Shown here piece after piece: positions 18,620-29,596 of a stretch of DNA of 61,540 nt (its first letter is position 1; every line of letters starts with the position of its first letter). The stretch is from a virus (lineage: Duplodnaviria > Caudoviricetes). The position numbers and the translations under genes are program-made. Under the pieces are notes generated by a model that was given only the letters and a program-made list of their open reading frames with translations, was not told the DNA's origin and ran no database searches. The stretch spans positions 1 through 61,540 of the IMG/VR virus record IMGVR_UViG_3300031379_000001; one strand, 5' to 3'.

Positions 18620-21600
18620 ATGGCTACTATAGGTGATTTAATATTAAATTTACGAGTTGATGGTGGTAATCAAGCAGCTAGTACTATGACTAATCTTGGA
18701 AGTAGAATTCAAAAATTTGGAGCAAGTGTTAGTAATGTTGGAAGAACTTTAACAAATTCATTAACTAAACCAATTTTAGGTTTAATAGCACAATCAATTA
18801 AACTGGCAGTAACTTTTGAACAACAGATGTCTAGGGTGCAAGCTGCATCTAATGCTAGTGGTGTTGAGATAGAAACTTTAAGAAAATTAGCATTAAAAAT
18901 GGGTATAAATACAACTAAAACATCAACACAAGCAGCAGAAGCAATGGAACACATGGCAAAAGCTGGATGGGATGTTGGTAAAATTCAAAAAGGAATAGAA
19001 CCGATATTAAGAGCTAGTGAAGCTGGTATGATGGACTTAGGATTAACATCTAACTTAGTAACTAAATCTATGGGTGCATTGGGTATAGGTGTAAATGATA
19101 TAACACGTTATTTAGATATAGCAGCTAAAACATCATCAAATAGTGAACAAACTTTTAGAGAATTTTTAGAAGCAATGCAGATTGCTGGTGGTGTATTTAG
19201 TAATTTTAAAGTACCTTTAGAAGAATCTGCATCATTATTATCTACATTAGCTAAACGTGGATTTACAGGCACAAAAGCTGGTAATGCTTTAATATCTGTT
19301 TTAAATAATTTAACAGTTAAAACAGGTGCATCTGGTAAAGCTATGAAAGCATTAAATATTGAAGCGTATGATGCTCATGGTAATTTTAGAGGATTTACAA
19401 CAATATTACAGGATATAAATAAGAAATTTAGCACTATGACAGATGAACAAAAATTAACATACTTACAGATGTTAGGTGGTAAAAGAAGAACTAAAGAACT
19501 TGCAGCAATGTTAGAGGGTGCTAAAGGACAATTAAGCAGTTTTACAAAAGAACTTTATAATGCTGATGGTTCATTAAATAAAATGGCTAAAACTATGCAA
19601 TCTAATTTAGCTGGTGAAGTTACAAGATTAAAAAGTGTACTAGAAGGTATTGGAATTATGATAGGTGATAAATTTACACCTATAATTAAAGTTGTTGTTG
19701 ATGTTCTTAAAGATTTAGCAAATAAATTTTTAAATTTAGACCCAACAATTCAAAACATCATTTTAGGTGTTGGATTATTAGTTGCTGGAATTGGTCCATT
19801 ATTGACTATATTTGGTTTTTTAATTACATCAGTTGGTGCGGTTATTGCAAGTTTAGGAGTCATAGGCGGTGTAATATCGGCAATAGGTTTACCAATTACA
19901 ATTGTAATTGGTGTTATTGGTGCTTTAGTTGCTGCTTTTGTAGGTATGTTAGCTACTAGTGAAGATGTGAGATCAAAAGTTGTAACAGTATTTAAAGGTA
20001 TTGGTACAGCAATCCAACAGGCTGCTGGATTTATTAAAACACATATAACTGATATTAAAAATGCAGTCATAGGTTTTTTTAAAGCTATATCAAGTGGTGA
20101 TACAACAACATTTAAAGATGCTATGATGAATATGATTCCACCAGAATTAAAAGGTAAAATAGATGATATTGCTATAGGTTTACAAGATTTTTGGTTATTT
20201 GTAACTAAAGTTAAAGATGCAGTTATGGGTTTTATAAATGGTGCTATTAAAACATTAACACCAGCAGTTAACGAATTAATAGAAACATTTAAAAAATTTG
20301 ATATAAACACAATAGTAATGAGTTTTAATGAATTAAAAAGTTCACTTGGTCCAGTTTTAGAAATATTAGGTATGTTAGGTGCTGTTTTACTAGGTACTCT
20401 TATTGGTGCAATAACAGGGGTTGTTAATGCTTTAGATAATTTTATTGCTGGTATATTAAATGCAGTAGGTGTAATAGGTAGTGCTATTGGTTTAATATGG
20501 AATGTTTTAACTTTAAATTTTGAAGGTATCAAAGAATCATGGGATAGTTTATGGTCAAATATGGAAGGTCTTTTAGGTAATGCCATTCAAACAATTATTG
20601 ATTTAGTTGGTGGTTTTGTTAATGGTTTTGTAGAATTTTTTAATGGTTTATATGAAACACTTGTTGGTGGTTCAATCATACCAGATATGGTAAATGCTAT
20701 TATAGATTGGTTTAATACTCTTGTTAGTTTTGTAACTGGTATAGTACAAGGTTTTGTCAATATTGTTACAACATTATTTAATGCAATGAAAAATAATGCT
20801 AGTAATGTATTTAATGCAATGAAAGCAGTTATAACAACTGTAATTAATGTTATTAAAACAGTTATAACAACTGGATTCAATGCAGCTAAAACTATTGTAA
20901 CAAGTGTAGTTAATGCCATTAAATCAGTAGTAACAAGTGGATTTAATGCAGCTAGATCAATTATAAGTAGTGTAATTAATTCTATTAAATCAGTTATATC
21001 AAGTGGATTTAATGCAGCTAAGTCAATCGTAAGTAGTGTAATTAATTCAATAAGATCAACTGTGAGTTCTGGATTTAATTCAGCTAAGTCTACTATAAGA
21101 GGTGCTGTTAATTCGGCAAAATCAGCTTTATCTAGTGCTTTTAATTCTATGAGATCAACTGTTAGCAGTGTTGTAAGTTCAGTAACATCTAAAGTTAATA
21201 CATTACGAAGTAAATTTAGTAGTGCTGTTAGTGGTGCTGTTAGTGCCATAAAAGGTGCTGCCAGTAAAATGTTTAGTGCTGGTGCTAACTTAGTAGGTAA
21301 TTTAATAAGAGGTGTAACTAGCAAAATAGCAGCATTTAAAGCTAAAGTAGGTGAATTGGCACAAGCAGCTAAAAATTTAATAGGATTTTCATCACCAACA
21401 AAAGAAGGTCCGGGAAGAACAGCGGACAAATGGATTCCTAATCTAATTAATATGATGGTTGGTGGATTAGAAGATGGTGTATCTAGATTTAGTAAGGCAG
21501 GTGCTAATTTAGCTAAAGCATTACAAAGATCAACAATGTCTGGTATAGAAACTAATATAAATGCTAGAATACCTAATCAAATCGCAGCAGCACCAACTAA

Positions 21601-21703
21601 TGTAATGTTTAAAATAGATGCTTCACATATGGATGTAGATCAATTAGGAAGAATGTTAGTAAGCAAGTTTAGATCGTATGGAATAAGGTCACAAACAGAA
21701 TAG
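18620..21703 (+). CDS. Tape measure protein
   Basis: 1027 aa; FEQQMSRVQA...AAEAMEHMAKAG TP901-like core; hydrophobic middle; periodic F/W repeats. Confidence 0.95.
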   Translation: MATIGDLILNLRVDGGNQAASTMTNLGSRIQKFGASVSNVGRTLTNSLTKPILGLIAQSIKLAVTFEQQMSRVQAASNASGVEIETLRKLALKMGINTTKTSTQAAEAMEHMAKAGWDVGKIQKGIEPILRASEAGMMDLGLTSNLVTKSMGALGIGVNDITRYLDIAAKTSSNSEQTFREFLEAMQIAGGVFSNFKVPLEESASLLSTLAKRGFTGTKAGNALISVLNNLTVKTGASGKAMKALNIEAYDAHGNFRGFTTILQDINKKFSTMTDEQKLTYLQMLGGKRRTKELAAMLEGAKGQLSSFTKELYNADGSLNKMAKTMQSNLAGEVTRLKSVLEGIGIMIGDKFTPIIKVVVDVLKDLANKFLNLDPTIQNIILGVGLLVAGIGPLLTIFGFLITSVGAVIASLGVIGGVISAIGLPITIVIGVIGALVAAFVGMLATSEDVRSKVVTVFKGIGTAIQQAAGFIKTHITDIKNAVIGFFKAISSGDTTTFKDAMMNMIPPELKGKIDDIAIGLQDFWLFVTKVKDAVMGFINGAIKTLTPAVNELIETFKKFDINTIVMSFNELKSSLGPVLEILGMLGAVLLGTLIGAITGVVNALDNFIAGILNAVGVIGSAIGLIWNVLTLNFEGIKESWDSLWSNMEGLLGNAIQTIIDLVGGFVNGFVEFFNGLYETLVGGSIIPDMVNAIIDWFNTLVSFVTGIVQGFVNIVTTLFNAMKNNASNVFNAMKAVITTVINVIKTVITTGFNAAKTIVTSVVNAIKSVVTSGFNAARSIISSVINSIKSVISSGFNAAKSIVSSVINSIRSTVSSGFNSAKSTIRGAVNSAKSALSSAFNSMRSTVSSVVSSVTSKVNTLRSKFSSAVSGAVSAIKGAASKMFSAGANLVGNLIRGVTSKIAAFKAKVGELAQAAKNLIGFSSPTKEGPGRTADKWIPNLINMMVGGLEDGVSRFSKAGANLAKALQRSTMSGIETNINARIPNQIAAAPTNVMFKIDASHMDVDQLGRMLVSKFRSYGIRSQTE

Positions 21704-21717
21704 GAGGTGTTTTTTAA

Positions 21718-23166
21718 TTGGGATTAAGACATTTATATATAGATGGTATAGCTGGTGTTGGAACAGAAATACAAATAGGCAATTCATGGACTATAGAGCA
21801 AAAAATAAATGGTAAAGATACTTTTTCATTTACTGTAGAAGATACTAATGGTGCAACAATAGAACCATTAAAAGAAATATATTTTTATGATGATACTACT
21901 TATATATGGGGTGGAGTAATAAAAACAGTAGATATATCAAAAGTAAATCCTATTAGAGCGGTTTATTCAGTTAAAGCGGAGGATTTTACTGCTTTAATTG
22001 AAAGACCTTTAATTATTAGATCATATGAAGATAAAACAATTGCACAAATAGTAAGTAGTTTAATAACTACTTACTTTAGTGCTTATGGTATAACAGAAGG
22101 TACTAATACAATATCAACAGTTATAAAACTTATTACATTTAATTATGAAAATGGCGATAATGTAATGAATCAATTAAAGAATTTTGGTAATTTTCAATGG
22201 AATGTTGATAAAGATAAAGTTTTAAGTTTTACATTAATTAATGCAATAACTAGTACAACTGCATTAACTGATGAATTAAGCTTAACTAAGAATTTAAGTG
22301 CGGATAATTATCGTAATACTCAATATGCTAAAGGTAAAAAGAAAAGAACAATATATCAATCTGAAAAACCTATGACACCTAAACCAGATGGTAAGACAAG
22401 AGAATTCTTTTCAACTTATCCAATAGCAGAAGAACCATTAATAGAAACTAATGTCAATGGTGCTGGATGGGTTGAAAAAACTATAGGTGTCAGAGGGTTA
22501 CAAACTGATAAAGATTTTTATTGGTCATATAATGACACTCAGGTTTCACAGGATGATGCTGGGACTGTTTTAACTGATGCTAATCCTACAGATGATGAAA
22601 TAAGAATTAGTTATTATGGACTTATTCCATTATTAGTTGTATCAAAAGATACAGCAGAGGTAACAGAACATGGAGCAATAGAACACTATATTTATAATAA
22701 ACATCTTGAGAACTCAATAGATGCTAAGAATTATGTTATGACTTTATTAGATAAATACGCTAATGATGCCGATCAAATTAGTTTTACAATTCAAAGTAAA
22801 ATATACAATGTAGGTGAACAGATACCTATAACAGATTCATTATTAAATATATCTGGTGATTTTTTAGCTGAAAGTTGTCAATGGAGTCCAAGAGGTGTAG
22901 ATTCAATAAATTATACATATAAAGTATTAGATGGTGTTGCTCTTGGTGGATGGGAAGAATTCTTTAAAAACTTATTTGCACCAGAAGTCATTGAATTAAA
23001 TGATCAAGAAATAGTTATAAGAATTTATGATTGGGATGAGCCAACAAATCATGATGGTGAATATACTATAACTGTTTATTCTCCATTAGTACCAGAAACA
23101 ACATTATATCCAGAAGACACACGTTATCCAAATACTTATGTGAGTGATAGTACAGTTAATGATTAA
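21718..23166 (+). CDS. Tail tip/baseplate hub-like protein
   Basis: Directly after TMP; beta-rich; IWGGVI, AEDFTAL. Confidence 0.6.
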   Translation: MGLRHLYIDGIAGVGTEIQIGNSWTIEQKINGKDTFSFTVEDTNGATIEPLKEIYFYDDTTYIWGGVIKTVDISKVNPIRAVYSVKAEDFTALIERPLIIRSYEDKTIAQIVSSLITTYFSAYGITEGTNTISTVIKLITFNYENGDNVMNQLKNFGNFQWNVDKDKVLSFTLINAITSTTALTDELSLTKNLSADNYRNTQYAKGKKKRTIYQSEKPMTPKPDGKTREFFSTYPIAEEPLIETNVNGAGWVEKTIGVRGLQTDKDFYWSYNDTQVSQDDAGTVLTDANPTDDEIRISYYGLIPLLVVSKDTAEVTEHGAIEHYIYNKHLENSIDAKNYVMTLLDKYANDADQISFTIQSKIYNVGEQIPITDSLLNISGDFLAESCQWSPRGVDSINYTYKVLDGVALGGWEEFFKNLFAPEVIELNDQEIVIRIYDWDEPTNHDGEYTITVYSPLVPETTLYPEDTRYPNTYVSDSTVND

Positions 23167-23182
23167 AAGGAGGTGTTTTTAA

Positions 23183-23731
23183 TTGTATAGAATTTATAGA
23201 CCAACTAAAAAAATACATAGAGTTAAACCAAAAAGAATTAACCAAATAATTAATGAAGCTCATGGACACAGAGGAATAATGAGAGTATGGAAATTTAATG
23301 TAGATACTGGTGAAAAAGAATTAAGATTAAATAAACATAATTTAATTATGGATGATACATTTAATTATGATATGCAATATTTAAAAGGTGTAAATATTTC
23401 TAATGATGCTAAAATAATGCATCTTGGTATAGGTGATGATAATACAGCACCAACAGGAAGTGATACAGAATTAGGAAATGAGACTTATAGAGTACCTTTT
23501 GTATCACAAGTTGAGACAGGAACAGGCGAATTAACAACAGAGTTTTATATAACTGCTACAGAATTTACAGGAACAATTGAGGAATTAGGTATATTTGGTG
23601 GAATATATTCATATGATTATGATGGTGGTCTAGGTTTAGATAGTGGTGAATTATTAGCTAGAGTATTATATAGTGATACAAAAGGTAGTAATGAAGAATT
23701 GTTGATACAAAGAATAGATACATTTAGTTAA
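23183..23731 (+). CDS. Minor tail protein
   Basis: HNLIM...HLGIGDDNTAPTGSDTELGNE...IEELGIF...LLARV pattern of tail-fibre-associated proteins. Confidence 0.65.
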   Translation: MYRIYRPTKKIHRVKPKRINQIINEAHGHRGIMRVWKFNVDTGEKELRLNKHNLIMDDTFNYDMQYLKGVNISNDAKIMHLGIGDDNTAPTGSDTELGNETYRVPFVSQVETGTGELTTEFYITATEFTGTIEELGIFGGIYSYDYDGGLGLDSGELLARVLYSDTKGSNEELLIQRIDTFS

Positions 23732-23744
23732 GGGAGGTTTATAT

Positions 23745-24212
23745 ATGTTAAATTTTAATAGAGATTATGAAATTCCAGAGGATGGTATAACAGATCAATT
23801 TAAACTAAATTCATATGCCAGTTTTTCTATGGAATTATTAAATATTGTAAAAGATGAAAAAAAAATGATAACAGTATATGAAATCAAAGAGTGGGAAGGA
23901 GAAAAGGAATATACTGAATTTATAGATGTAACAGATGAAGATGGTAATATAACTAAAGCTGAAAAGAAATTTAAAAAGAATGTAATAAGTTATACAGCAG
24001 TAATGAATAGCAATATACAAGTTGTTATTAATGGCAAAAGAAAAGCTAAAAAACAAATAAGACCATTACCAAATCCGGATAAAAATAAAGATCAATCTGA
24101 TTCTGGTAAAGATGTCTCTAAAAAACCATCTCAGCCTACACCAGAACCAAAACCAAATAAACCTACTAAACCTATAGGTCACACAAAAGAACCAGTTAAA
24201 AATAAAAAATAA
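23745..24212 (+). CDS. Hypothetical protein with Pro/Lys-rich tail
   Basis: GGGAGG RBS; in tail operon. Confidence 0.6.
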   Translation: MLNFNRDYEIPEDGITDQFKLNSYASFSMELLNIVKDEKKMITVYEIKEWEGEKEYTEFIDVTDEDGNITKAEKKFKKNVISYTAVMNSNIQVVINGKRKAKKQIRPLPNPDKNKDQSDSGKDVSKKPSQPTPEPKPNKPTKPIGHTKEPVKNKK

Positions 24213-24224
24213 GGAGGTGTAGGT

Positions 24225-25994
24225 ATGTCGGTACATGGTAATTTTAACGAGTTAACTTTTGTTAATTCTACAACACCAGCAATTAACGCAGTTAATTTAA
24301 ATGCTATTGAAGCTACATTAAAAATAGCAGATACAGAGTTAGCACGTAGTTTAAGTTTTTCGTGGGATTTTTATAAAAAAATGTTTTTTAATTGTTCTCA
24401 AAAAACTATAAATAGATTCTTAACATATACTGATTGGGATAGTACTAATGGTCCAACTGTTAGTGAAGGTGGACAATCATCATCATTAATACATGGTAGA
24501 TCAGTTAAAATGCTTCAACCTAGTAATGATGAAGAAGAATTAGCTATATTTAATGCTTCACATACACAACAAGATTTAACAAAATTTGAATCAAATGATT
24601 CAGCTAATACAGATCAATTAATATGTTTACTTGTATATATATCTGATACAACTTATATAACAAGAATAACTGTAAGATTAGGAGAGGACACTAGTAATTA
24701 TTATTATTATAATTGGACTACAGGGTTAGTAAATGGATGGAATATACTTACTGTTGCTAAAAGTTCAATGAGTACAACAGGTTCACCAACTGGATGGACT
24801 GCAATAGACTATGTTGCTTACAGGGCATATTTTCAGGCTAATGCTGCAAATGAATATGTTTTATATAATCATTGTGCAATGGTTAGAGCAGATCAAACAA
24901 CAGCAACATTAATGAATCCTTTTGTTGGTAATGATTATAGTGATAATTGGGATGTTGATTTAATGACACCCAGTTCTCAATTTTTAATTTATCAAGATGC
25001 ACAATTTGAAGAAATAAGTTTACTTAGTTGTATGTTAAATGGTATTGCTTCAACTAGTCCAGATTTTATCGGTACAGGATTAATATGCTCTAGTTTTTCA
25101 GCATCATTTAGAGTAATAGCAAGAAATACAAAAGATACTCAAGGTATAATGTGGTATGTGGATGATGATAATTATTTATTATTTCATATAGATGATGCAG
25201 ATATAAACCTTAGTATAATGTACGGTGGCTCATTATCATATTATTATACATCTTATGCTAGTGATGCTTTATTAGTAGGTTCTACACTTAAATTAAATAT
25301 TGAAAAAATAGGTGGTAGTACTATTAGAATGATGTTAGAAGATGAATCTGGTAGTAATGAAACAATAGAGGTATCGGGTGATGCTTTATTATTTACAGAT
25401 ACAACAGAAGGTGAAGTGGGTATTGGTGCTTATACAACAGGTCAAAAATCATCTATACAAGATTTTGTTGTAACTAATAGAAGACCAGATAATATTAATT
25501 TACCTGAAATGAGAATAAATAATAATAAAATTTATCAATATATACAAAAGACTAGTGATGAATTAAGAGTTGCTAATACCACTTTAACAGATGATAATGA
25601 TCTACATGTAAGATTATTACCATATGGTGTATATAAAATAACTGCTAGATTTAGTTTTAGTGCCGGTCTTAATACGCCAGATTTTAAAAGTGCATGGGCT
25701 TATTCAACAGATATAACACCATTAACTTTTAAAAATATGATTGGTCCTACTGTACCTTCAACAGATTCCACAAATACATCTGTAAGGTGTACTGCATTAG
25801 CTATTGATGCAGTAACTAATTATGGTGCTGATGGAACTCATATATCACAAGCTCATGAAGAATTTATTGTATCAACTGGTAATACTGGTGGTATATTAAA
25901 ATTACAATGGGCTCAAAATACATCTATAGCTGCAACACTTACATTATATGAAGAATCTTATATGATAGTAGAAAAAATAGCAGATAATTTTTAA
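24225..25994 (+). CDS. Tail fibre/receptor-binding protein
   Basis: TPAINAVNLNAIE N-terminal anchor; beta-rich carbohydrate-binding-like domains; last tail gene. Confidence 0.65.
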   Translation: MSVHGNFNELTFVNSTTPAINAVNLNAIEATLKIADTELARSLSFSWDFYKKMFFNCSQKTINRFLTYTDWDSTNGPTVSEGGQSSSLIHGRSVKMLQPSNDEEELAIFNASHTQQDLTKFESNDSANTDQLICLLVYISDTTYITRITVRLGEDTSNYYYYNWTTGLVNGWNILTVAKSSMSTTGSPTGWTAIDYVAYRAYFQANAANEYVLYNHCAMVRADQTTATLMNPFVGNDYSDNWDVDLMTPSSQFLIYQDAQFEEISLLSCMLNGIASTSPDFIGTGLICSSFSASFRVIARNTKDTQGIMWYVDDDNYLLFHIDDADINLSIMYGGSLSYYYTSYASDALLVGSTLKLNIEKIGGSTIRMMLEDESGSNETIEVSGDALLFTDTTEGEVGIGAYTTGQKSSIQDFVVTNRRPDNINLPEMRINNNKIYQYIQKTSDELRVANTTLTDDNDLHVRLLPYGVYKITARFSFSAGLNTPDFKSAWAYSTDITPLTFKNMIGPTVPSTDSTNTSVRCTALAIDAVTNYGADGTHISQAHEEFIVSTGNTGGILKLQWAQNTSIAATLTLYEESYMIVEKIADNF

Positions 25995-26000
25995 TACAAT

Positions 26001-26037
26001 TAAAAAACCACTATATATTTTAATATAGTGGTTTTTA
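26001..26037. terminator. Bidirectional terminator between tail operon and endolysin
   Basis: AAAAACCACTATAT...ATATAGTGGTTTTT between convergent genes. Confidence 0.8.
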
Positions 26038-26094
26038 GGACAAAATTACTTATTAGTTATTTACTATTACCTAGTATAAGATATTAATATTATA

Positions 26095-26829
26095 TCATTT
26101 AGGATTAGTATAATAAAGTTTTTCAATTAAACCTTTCCAATTATGACCATCTTTATGAATAGTTTTTAAATCCTCTAGATAAACATTAGACCATTTTGAG
26201 ACTTCTTTTAATATGGTGTCATAATCTTTTTTAACTGGTGTATTATTAGTACCTTTGTATTTTATACCATACCATTTGCAAATTAATTTAACATAAGCTT
26301 GTACTTGATTATTAATGAATTTTTCGTAATTATTTTTAATATAATCTGCATTAGATTTATTAGTTAATACTGCTGCTTCACCTAATATGACACTTGCTTT
26401 TGTTTCTCTTATCATACCATAGTAATCAATACCAGAAGACCCTTTACGTTGCAATAAACCTCTATTCTTGAATCCACAAGATTTACACATTTCATTAACC
26501 CAATATTTAGCAAGGTCAATAGTTTTACTATTAGAAAATATAGAGCATAAAGCCATAGTACCATTAATATCTTTATTGTCATTACCATCATGATGAATAC
26601 TACATAATAAATAATTATTATTTGTTAGATTATTGTTATACCATGCATATCTATCTTGGATTTGACCATATATAGATATAACTTTGAATCCATAATCGTT
26701 TATTACTATTGGTCTAAGCCTTTTGTATACGTCCATGTTTAAGTCACGTTCTGATAGTCCATTAGCAACAGCACCAGTGTACACAGGATCGTCAATATGA
26801 CCTACATCAATACCGACAATTTTATCCAT
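26095..26829 (-). CDS. Endolysin, N-acetylmuramoyl-L-alanine amidase (Amidase_3-like)
   Basis: IDVGH, E (LSERDLN), SIHHD and LGE zinc/catalytic motifs. Confidence 0.85.
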   Translation of the reverse strand: MDKIVGIDVGHIDDPVYTGAVANGLSERDLNMDVYKRLRPIVINDYGFKVISIYGQIQDRYAWYNNNLTNNNYLLCSIHHDGNDNKDINGTMALCSIFSNSKTIDLAKYWVNEMCKSCGFKNRGLLQRKGSSGIDYYGMIRETKASVILGEAAVLTNKSNADYIKNNYEKFINNQVQAYVKLICKWYGIKYKGTNNTPVKKDYDTILKEVSKWSNVYLEDLKTIHKDGHNWKGLIEKLYYTNPK

Positions 26830-26845
26830 AAAAAACCCTCCTTTT

Positions 26846-27073
26846 TTAATTGTTACCTAAAAATATAGATATTATACCTATTAAACATATAATTACGCTC
26901 ACTAAAGAAGATATGACTAATGTAGTATTAGTTTTTAATGTTTTTCTTAGTTCGTCTATTTCTTTTTTTTGTTCATCATTTGAATATTTTAATAATTCAA
27001 TTTTAGTATTTAATTCTAGTATATATCGCAATTGATGGCAATCTTTACTACTATTATTTGATGTTTGAGTCAT
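26846..27073 (-). CDS. Coiled-coil plus C-terminal TM protein (XhlA/holin-like)
   Basis: Upstream of endolysin; single C-terminal hydrophobic helix. Confidence 0.55.
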   Translation of the reverse strand: MTQTSNNSSKDCHQLRYILELNTKIELLKYSNDEQKKEIDELRKTLKTNTTLVISSLVSVIICLIGIISIFLGNN

Positions 27074-27101
27074 AATAAAACCTTCTTTACATTAGTATGT
27101 C

Positions 27102-27193
27102 TACATTTTATCATACATTATTATTTATTATCAATAATGTATACAATATGGCATTATATTATTGATAGTAAATAATTTATATGATAAAATGTA
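27102..27193. promoter_or_regulatory. Divergent near-identical promoter pair (TTGATA...ATGATAAAATGTA)
   Basis: Minus ATTGATAATAAATAATAATGTATGATAAAATGTA; plus ATTGATAGTAAATAATTTATATGATAAAATGTA. Confidence 0.6.
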
Positions 27194-27288
27194 ATTAGAG
27201 TGATTCAAACTATTTTTACATACTAATTCACAGCATATCTTATTAACATAGATATGCTTTTGTTATTAGTATATGGAAGGGTGATTTA

Positions 27289-27489
27289 ATGTCTAACGAT
27301 ACTCAAAGTAGATTGAAAAGTAAAGTTTTATGGTTAGGTATATGTACACAATTAGGCATAATTTTAGTTACATTAGGAGTTTTCGATAATACAATGTTAG
27401 AAGATTATAAGATAGTAGTAAATGCGATATTAGCCATTTTAAGTGCCTTTTCAATAATTAATAACCCTACTTCCAAAAATACTCTTTAA
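27289..27489 (+). CDS. Holin
   Basis: QSRLKSKVLW...AFSIINNPT, two TM segments typical of small Firmicute phage holins. Confidence 0.75.
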   Translation: MSNDTQSRLKSKVLWLGICTQLGIILVTLGVFDNTMLEDYKIVVNAILAILSAFSIINNPTSKNTL

Positions 27490-27631
27490 GTAAATATTTA
27501 ATAATTGTTGATTCTATTTAGACTATTCTTAGTCTAATTTTTTTAATAATTAATAACATTATTAATTACTAATTGAAGTATCAATAATTAAATGATATCA
27601 TATAAATATCAGATAAACGGAGGGTATTTGT

Positions 27632-27898
27632 ATGTCAATTACAGTTAAAAACGAATATAATTTAAATCCTGTATATATTAGAAAATTGGTACAACAAAAA
27701 GGAATTAATAAAAACGATTTAATGCAGTTGTTTGGCAAAAGTCAAGCAGCAGTTTACGCTAGGTTAAGTGGTGCTAAAATTATGACAATCGAAGAAGGAT
27801 TTAAACTAGCTAATTTATTAAATATAGATATTCATAAGGTATTTGCACCAAGTCAACAAGATATAATAGATGTATTATGTAATAATAAGGTGGTATAA
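27632..27898 (+). CDS. XRE-family HTH regulator
   Basis: KGINKNDLMQLFGKSQAAVYARLSG...LANLLNI. Confidence 0.8.
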   Translation: MSITVKNEYNLNPVYIRKLVQQKGINKNDLMQLFGKSQAAVYARLSGAKIMTIEEGFKLANLLNIDIHKVFAPSQQDIIDVLCNNKVV

Positions 27899-28236
27899 TG
27901 AATAATTGTAGTGAAAAATCGATTACTGAAAATTCTTACTCTTCATTTAAAGATACGATTAATAAAAAATACTTTAACAGTGAGTTACATAAGATCGCAT
28001 ATGTTATAAATGGTAATGAATTAGTAAATAAAATTAGGGAAGAATTAAAAATAAATGATAAGTTATTATCTATTGGTGAATTAGATAATAATATATATGC
28101 AACTATTTTATATAATAATTCAATAATTTTCGATAAAATACCAAGCGATTACTTGAAACCTTTAAAAATTCATGAAGTTTACAATTGGTTATGTAATTTA
28201 TATATAAATGATAATATTAATAATGAATATTTGTGA
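27898..28236 (+). CDS. Hypothetical protein
   Basis: Translationally coupled; AAGGTGG RBS. Confidence 0.55.
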   Translation: MNNCSEKSITENSYSSFKDTINKKYFNSELHKIAYVINGNELVNKIREELKINDKLLSIGELDNNIYATILYNNSIIFDKIPSDYLKPLKIHEVYNWLCNLYINDNINNEYL

Positions 28237-28244
28237 GGTATAAA

Positions 28245-28484
28245 ATGATTAATAAGATTAAATATATGACAGATAAAGAATTAGCAGAATATCAAGCTAT
28301 ATGTGGATTAGTCTATTTAAAAGAAGATAAACATATAAATGTATTAGAATTAAAAGAGTTAATTATAGATTATGCTTCAAGATCGACAATGTCTTATCTA
28401 GAATGTCTTATATCATTCAGAATAGATATTTTTAAAAATAAATCTTATCAAGAAACTTTTAATAAATTCCTTAACAACAAATAA
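28245..28484 (+). CDS. Hypothetical protein
   Basis: GAGGT RBS before ATG; followed by terminator-like inverted repeat. Confidence 0.55.
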   Translation: MINKIKYMTDKELAEYQAICGLVYLKEDKHINVLELKELIIDYASRSTMSYLECLISFRIDIFKNKSYQETFNKFLNNK

Positions 28485-28510
28485 TAAATAGATTATTTAA
28501 AATCTATTTA

Positions 28511-28957
28511 TTATTCTAAAACTCTTGTTGCATATGGTATAAATCTAAAATCACCATTTTTCTTTTCTTTTTTACTTAATTTTATTTTAGATTCATCTGA
28601 GAACTCAAATGTTTGATTGTAATAACCTAGTACATTTTTTTCTAAATTTACACTCCTTACATTTTCATCAATTTCCTGTAATACATATATTACTGTTATA
28701 AAATCTTCATCAATCATATTATCAGTTTTTAACTTTTCATAGGCTTTATGTGCCATAGTATTTTTATCAATCTCTTTCTTTTTAATTGGTTTATTTGTAT
28801 TACTTGTTGATTTAACATTATTAGCTGCTTTTGTTTTAATTGGTTCATTTGTTTGTGAAGGTTTTTTATTATTCTTCATATCACCTAATAATGGTATACA
28901 AACTATTATAAAAATACATAATATAATTCCGTATGCTACTATTGAACTTATTTTCAT
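28511..28957 (-). CDS. Membrane-anchored extracytoplasmic protein
   Basis: N-terminal TM, Lys/Asn/Thr linker; AAAGGAG RBS. Confidence 0.65.
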   Translation of the reverse strand: MKISSIVAYGIILCIFIIVCIPLLGDMKNNKKPSQTNEPIKTKAANNVKSTSNTNKPIKKKEIDKNTMAHKAYEKLKTDNMIDEDFITVIYVLQEIDENVRSVNLEKNVLGYYNQTFEFSDESKIKLSKKEKKNGDFRFIPYATRVLE

Positions 28958-29118
28958 TTAAAAACACTCCTTTTAAAATATATTACTTAATAAATCCTTA
29001 AACCATTCAATGTTTCCACCTATGGTATAAGCTATGATAATAATCATAGCTAGTATTATAAAAAATATAAAACATATAAACATAAAGAAACCAAATATTT
29101 GATCGTAATCTTTATCGC

Positions 29119-29315
29119 TCATTTTTTAATATTATTCCTTTCATTTATAGATAATTTTATATATTTCTTAAATTCTTCTAAGTGTTTCCTAGATTTATCT
29201 ATATTTTCACTTTTAACATCATTGTCTATTAATTGTTTTAATTGTATATCAATAAACTCAATATATTCATCAATTTCATTGACATACTTATATATTATAT
29301 TTATTAGTTCTTCAT
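29119..29315 (-). CDS. Small coiled-coil protein
   Basis: In leftward operon; exact start uncertain (GTG at 29325 in the track). Confidence 0.45.
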
Positions 29316-29327
29316 AAATATCCACTA

Positions 29328-29594
29328 TTACACCAACTTATTATTACATTCATCACAGTAATGAAACATATTATCAACGTTATATATTGCACACTGTTGA
29401 CATAGCCTAATGCCACAATTTTCACATTCTCTATGGTCACTATAACATACAGTATCACTACATTCATCACATTGTAATGTGTGTTCTTTAGCACAATCTA
29501 AGCAATAATTACTAAAACAAGTATTACAAGTTTCATAGTCTCCATCTTCTTGTCTAACTGAATCAATCTTTTTATCGCAAATTATACATTTCAT
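29328..29594 (-). CDS. Multi-CxxC zinc-finger protein
   Basis: Eight paired-Cys motifs (mostly CxxC) in 88 aa; AAAGGTG RBS. Confidence 0.7.
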   Translation of the reverse strand: MKCIICDKKIDSVRQEDGDYETCNTCFSNYCLDCAKEHTLQCDECSDTVCYSDHRECENCGIRLCQQCAIYNVDNMFHYCDECNNKLV

Positions 29595-29596
29595 AA

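Noticed and set aside
18709-21429. Long antisense ORFs inside the tape measure gene
   Set aside because: Shadow frames from codon bias in an Ala/Ile/Gly-rich gene; no independent signals seen
24225-25994. Diversity-generating retroelement target
   Set aside because: No reverse transcriptase and no template/variable repeat pair seen
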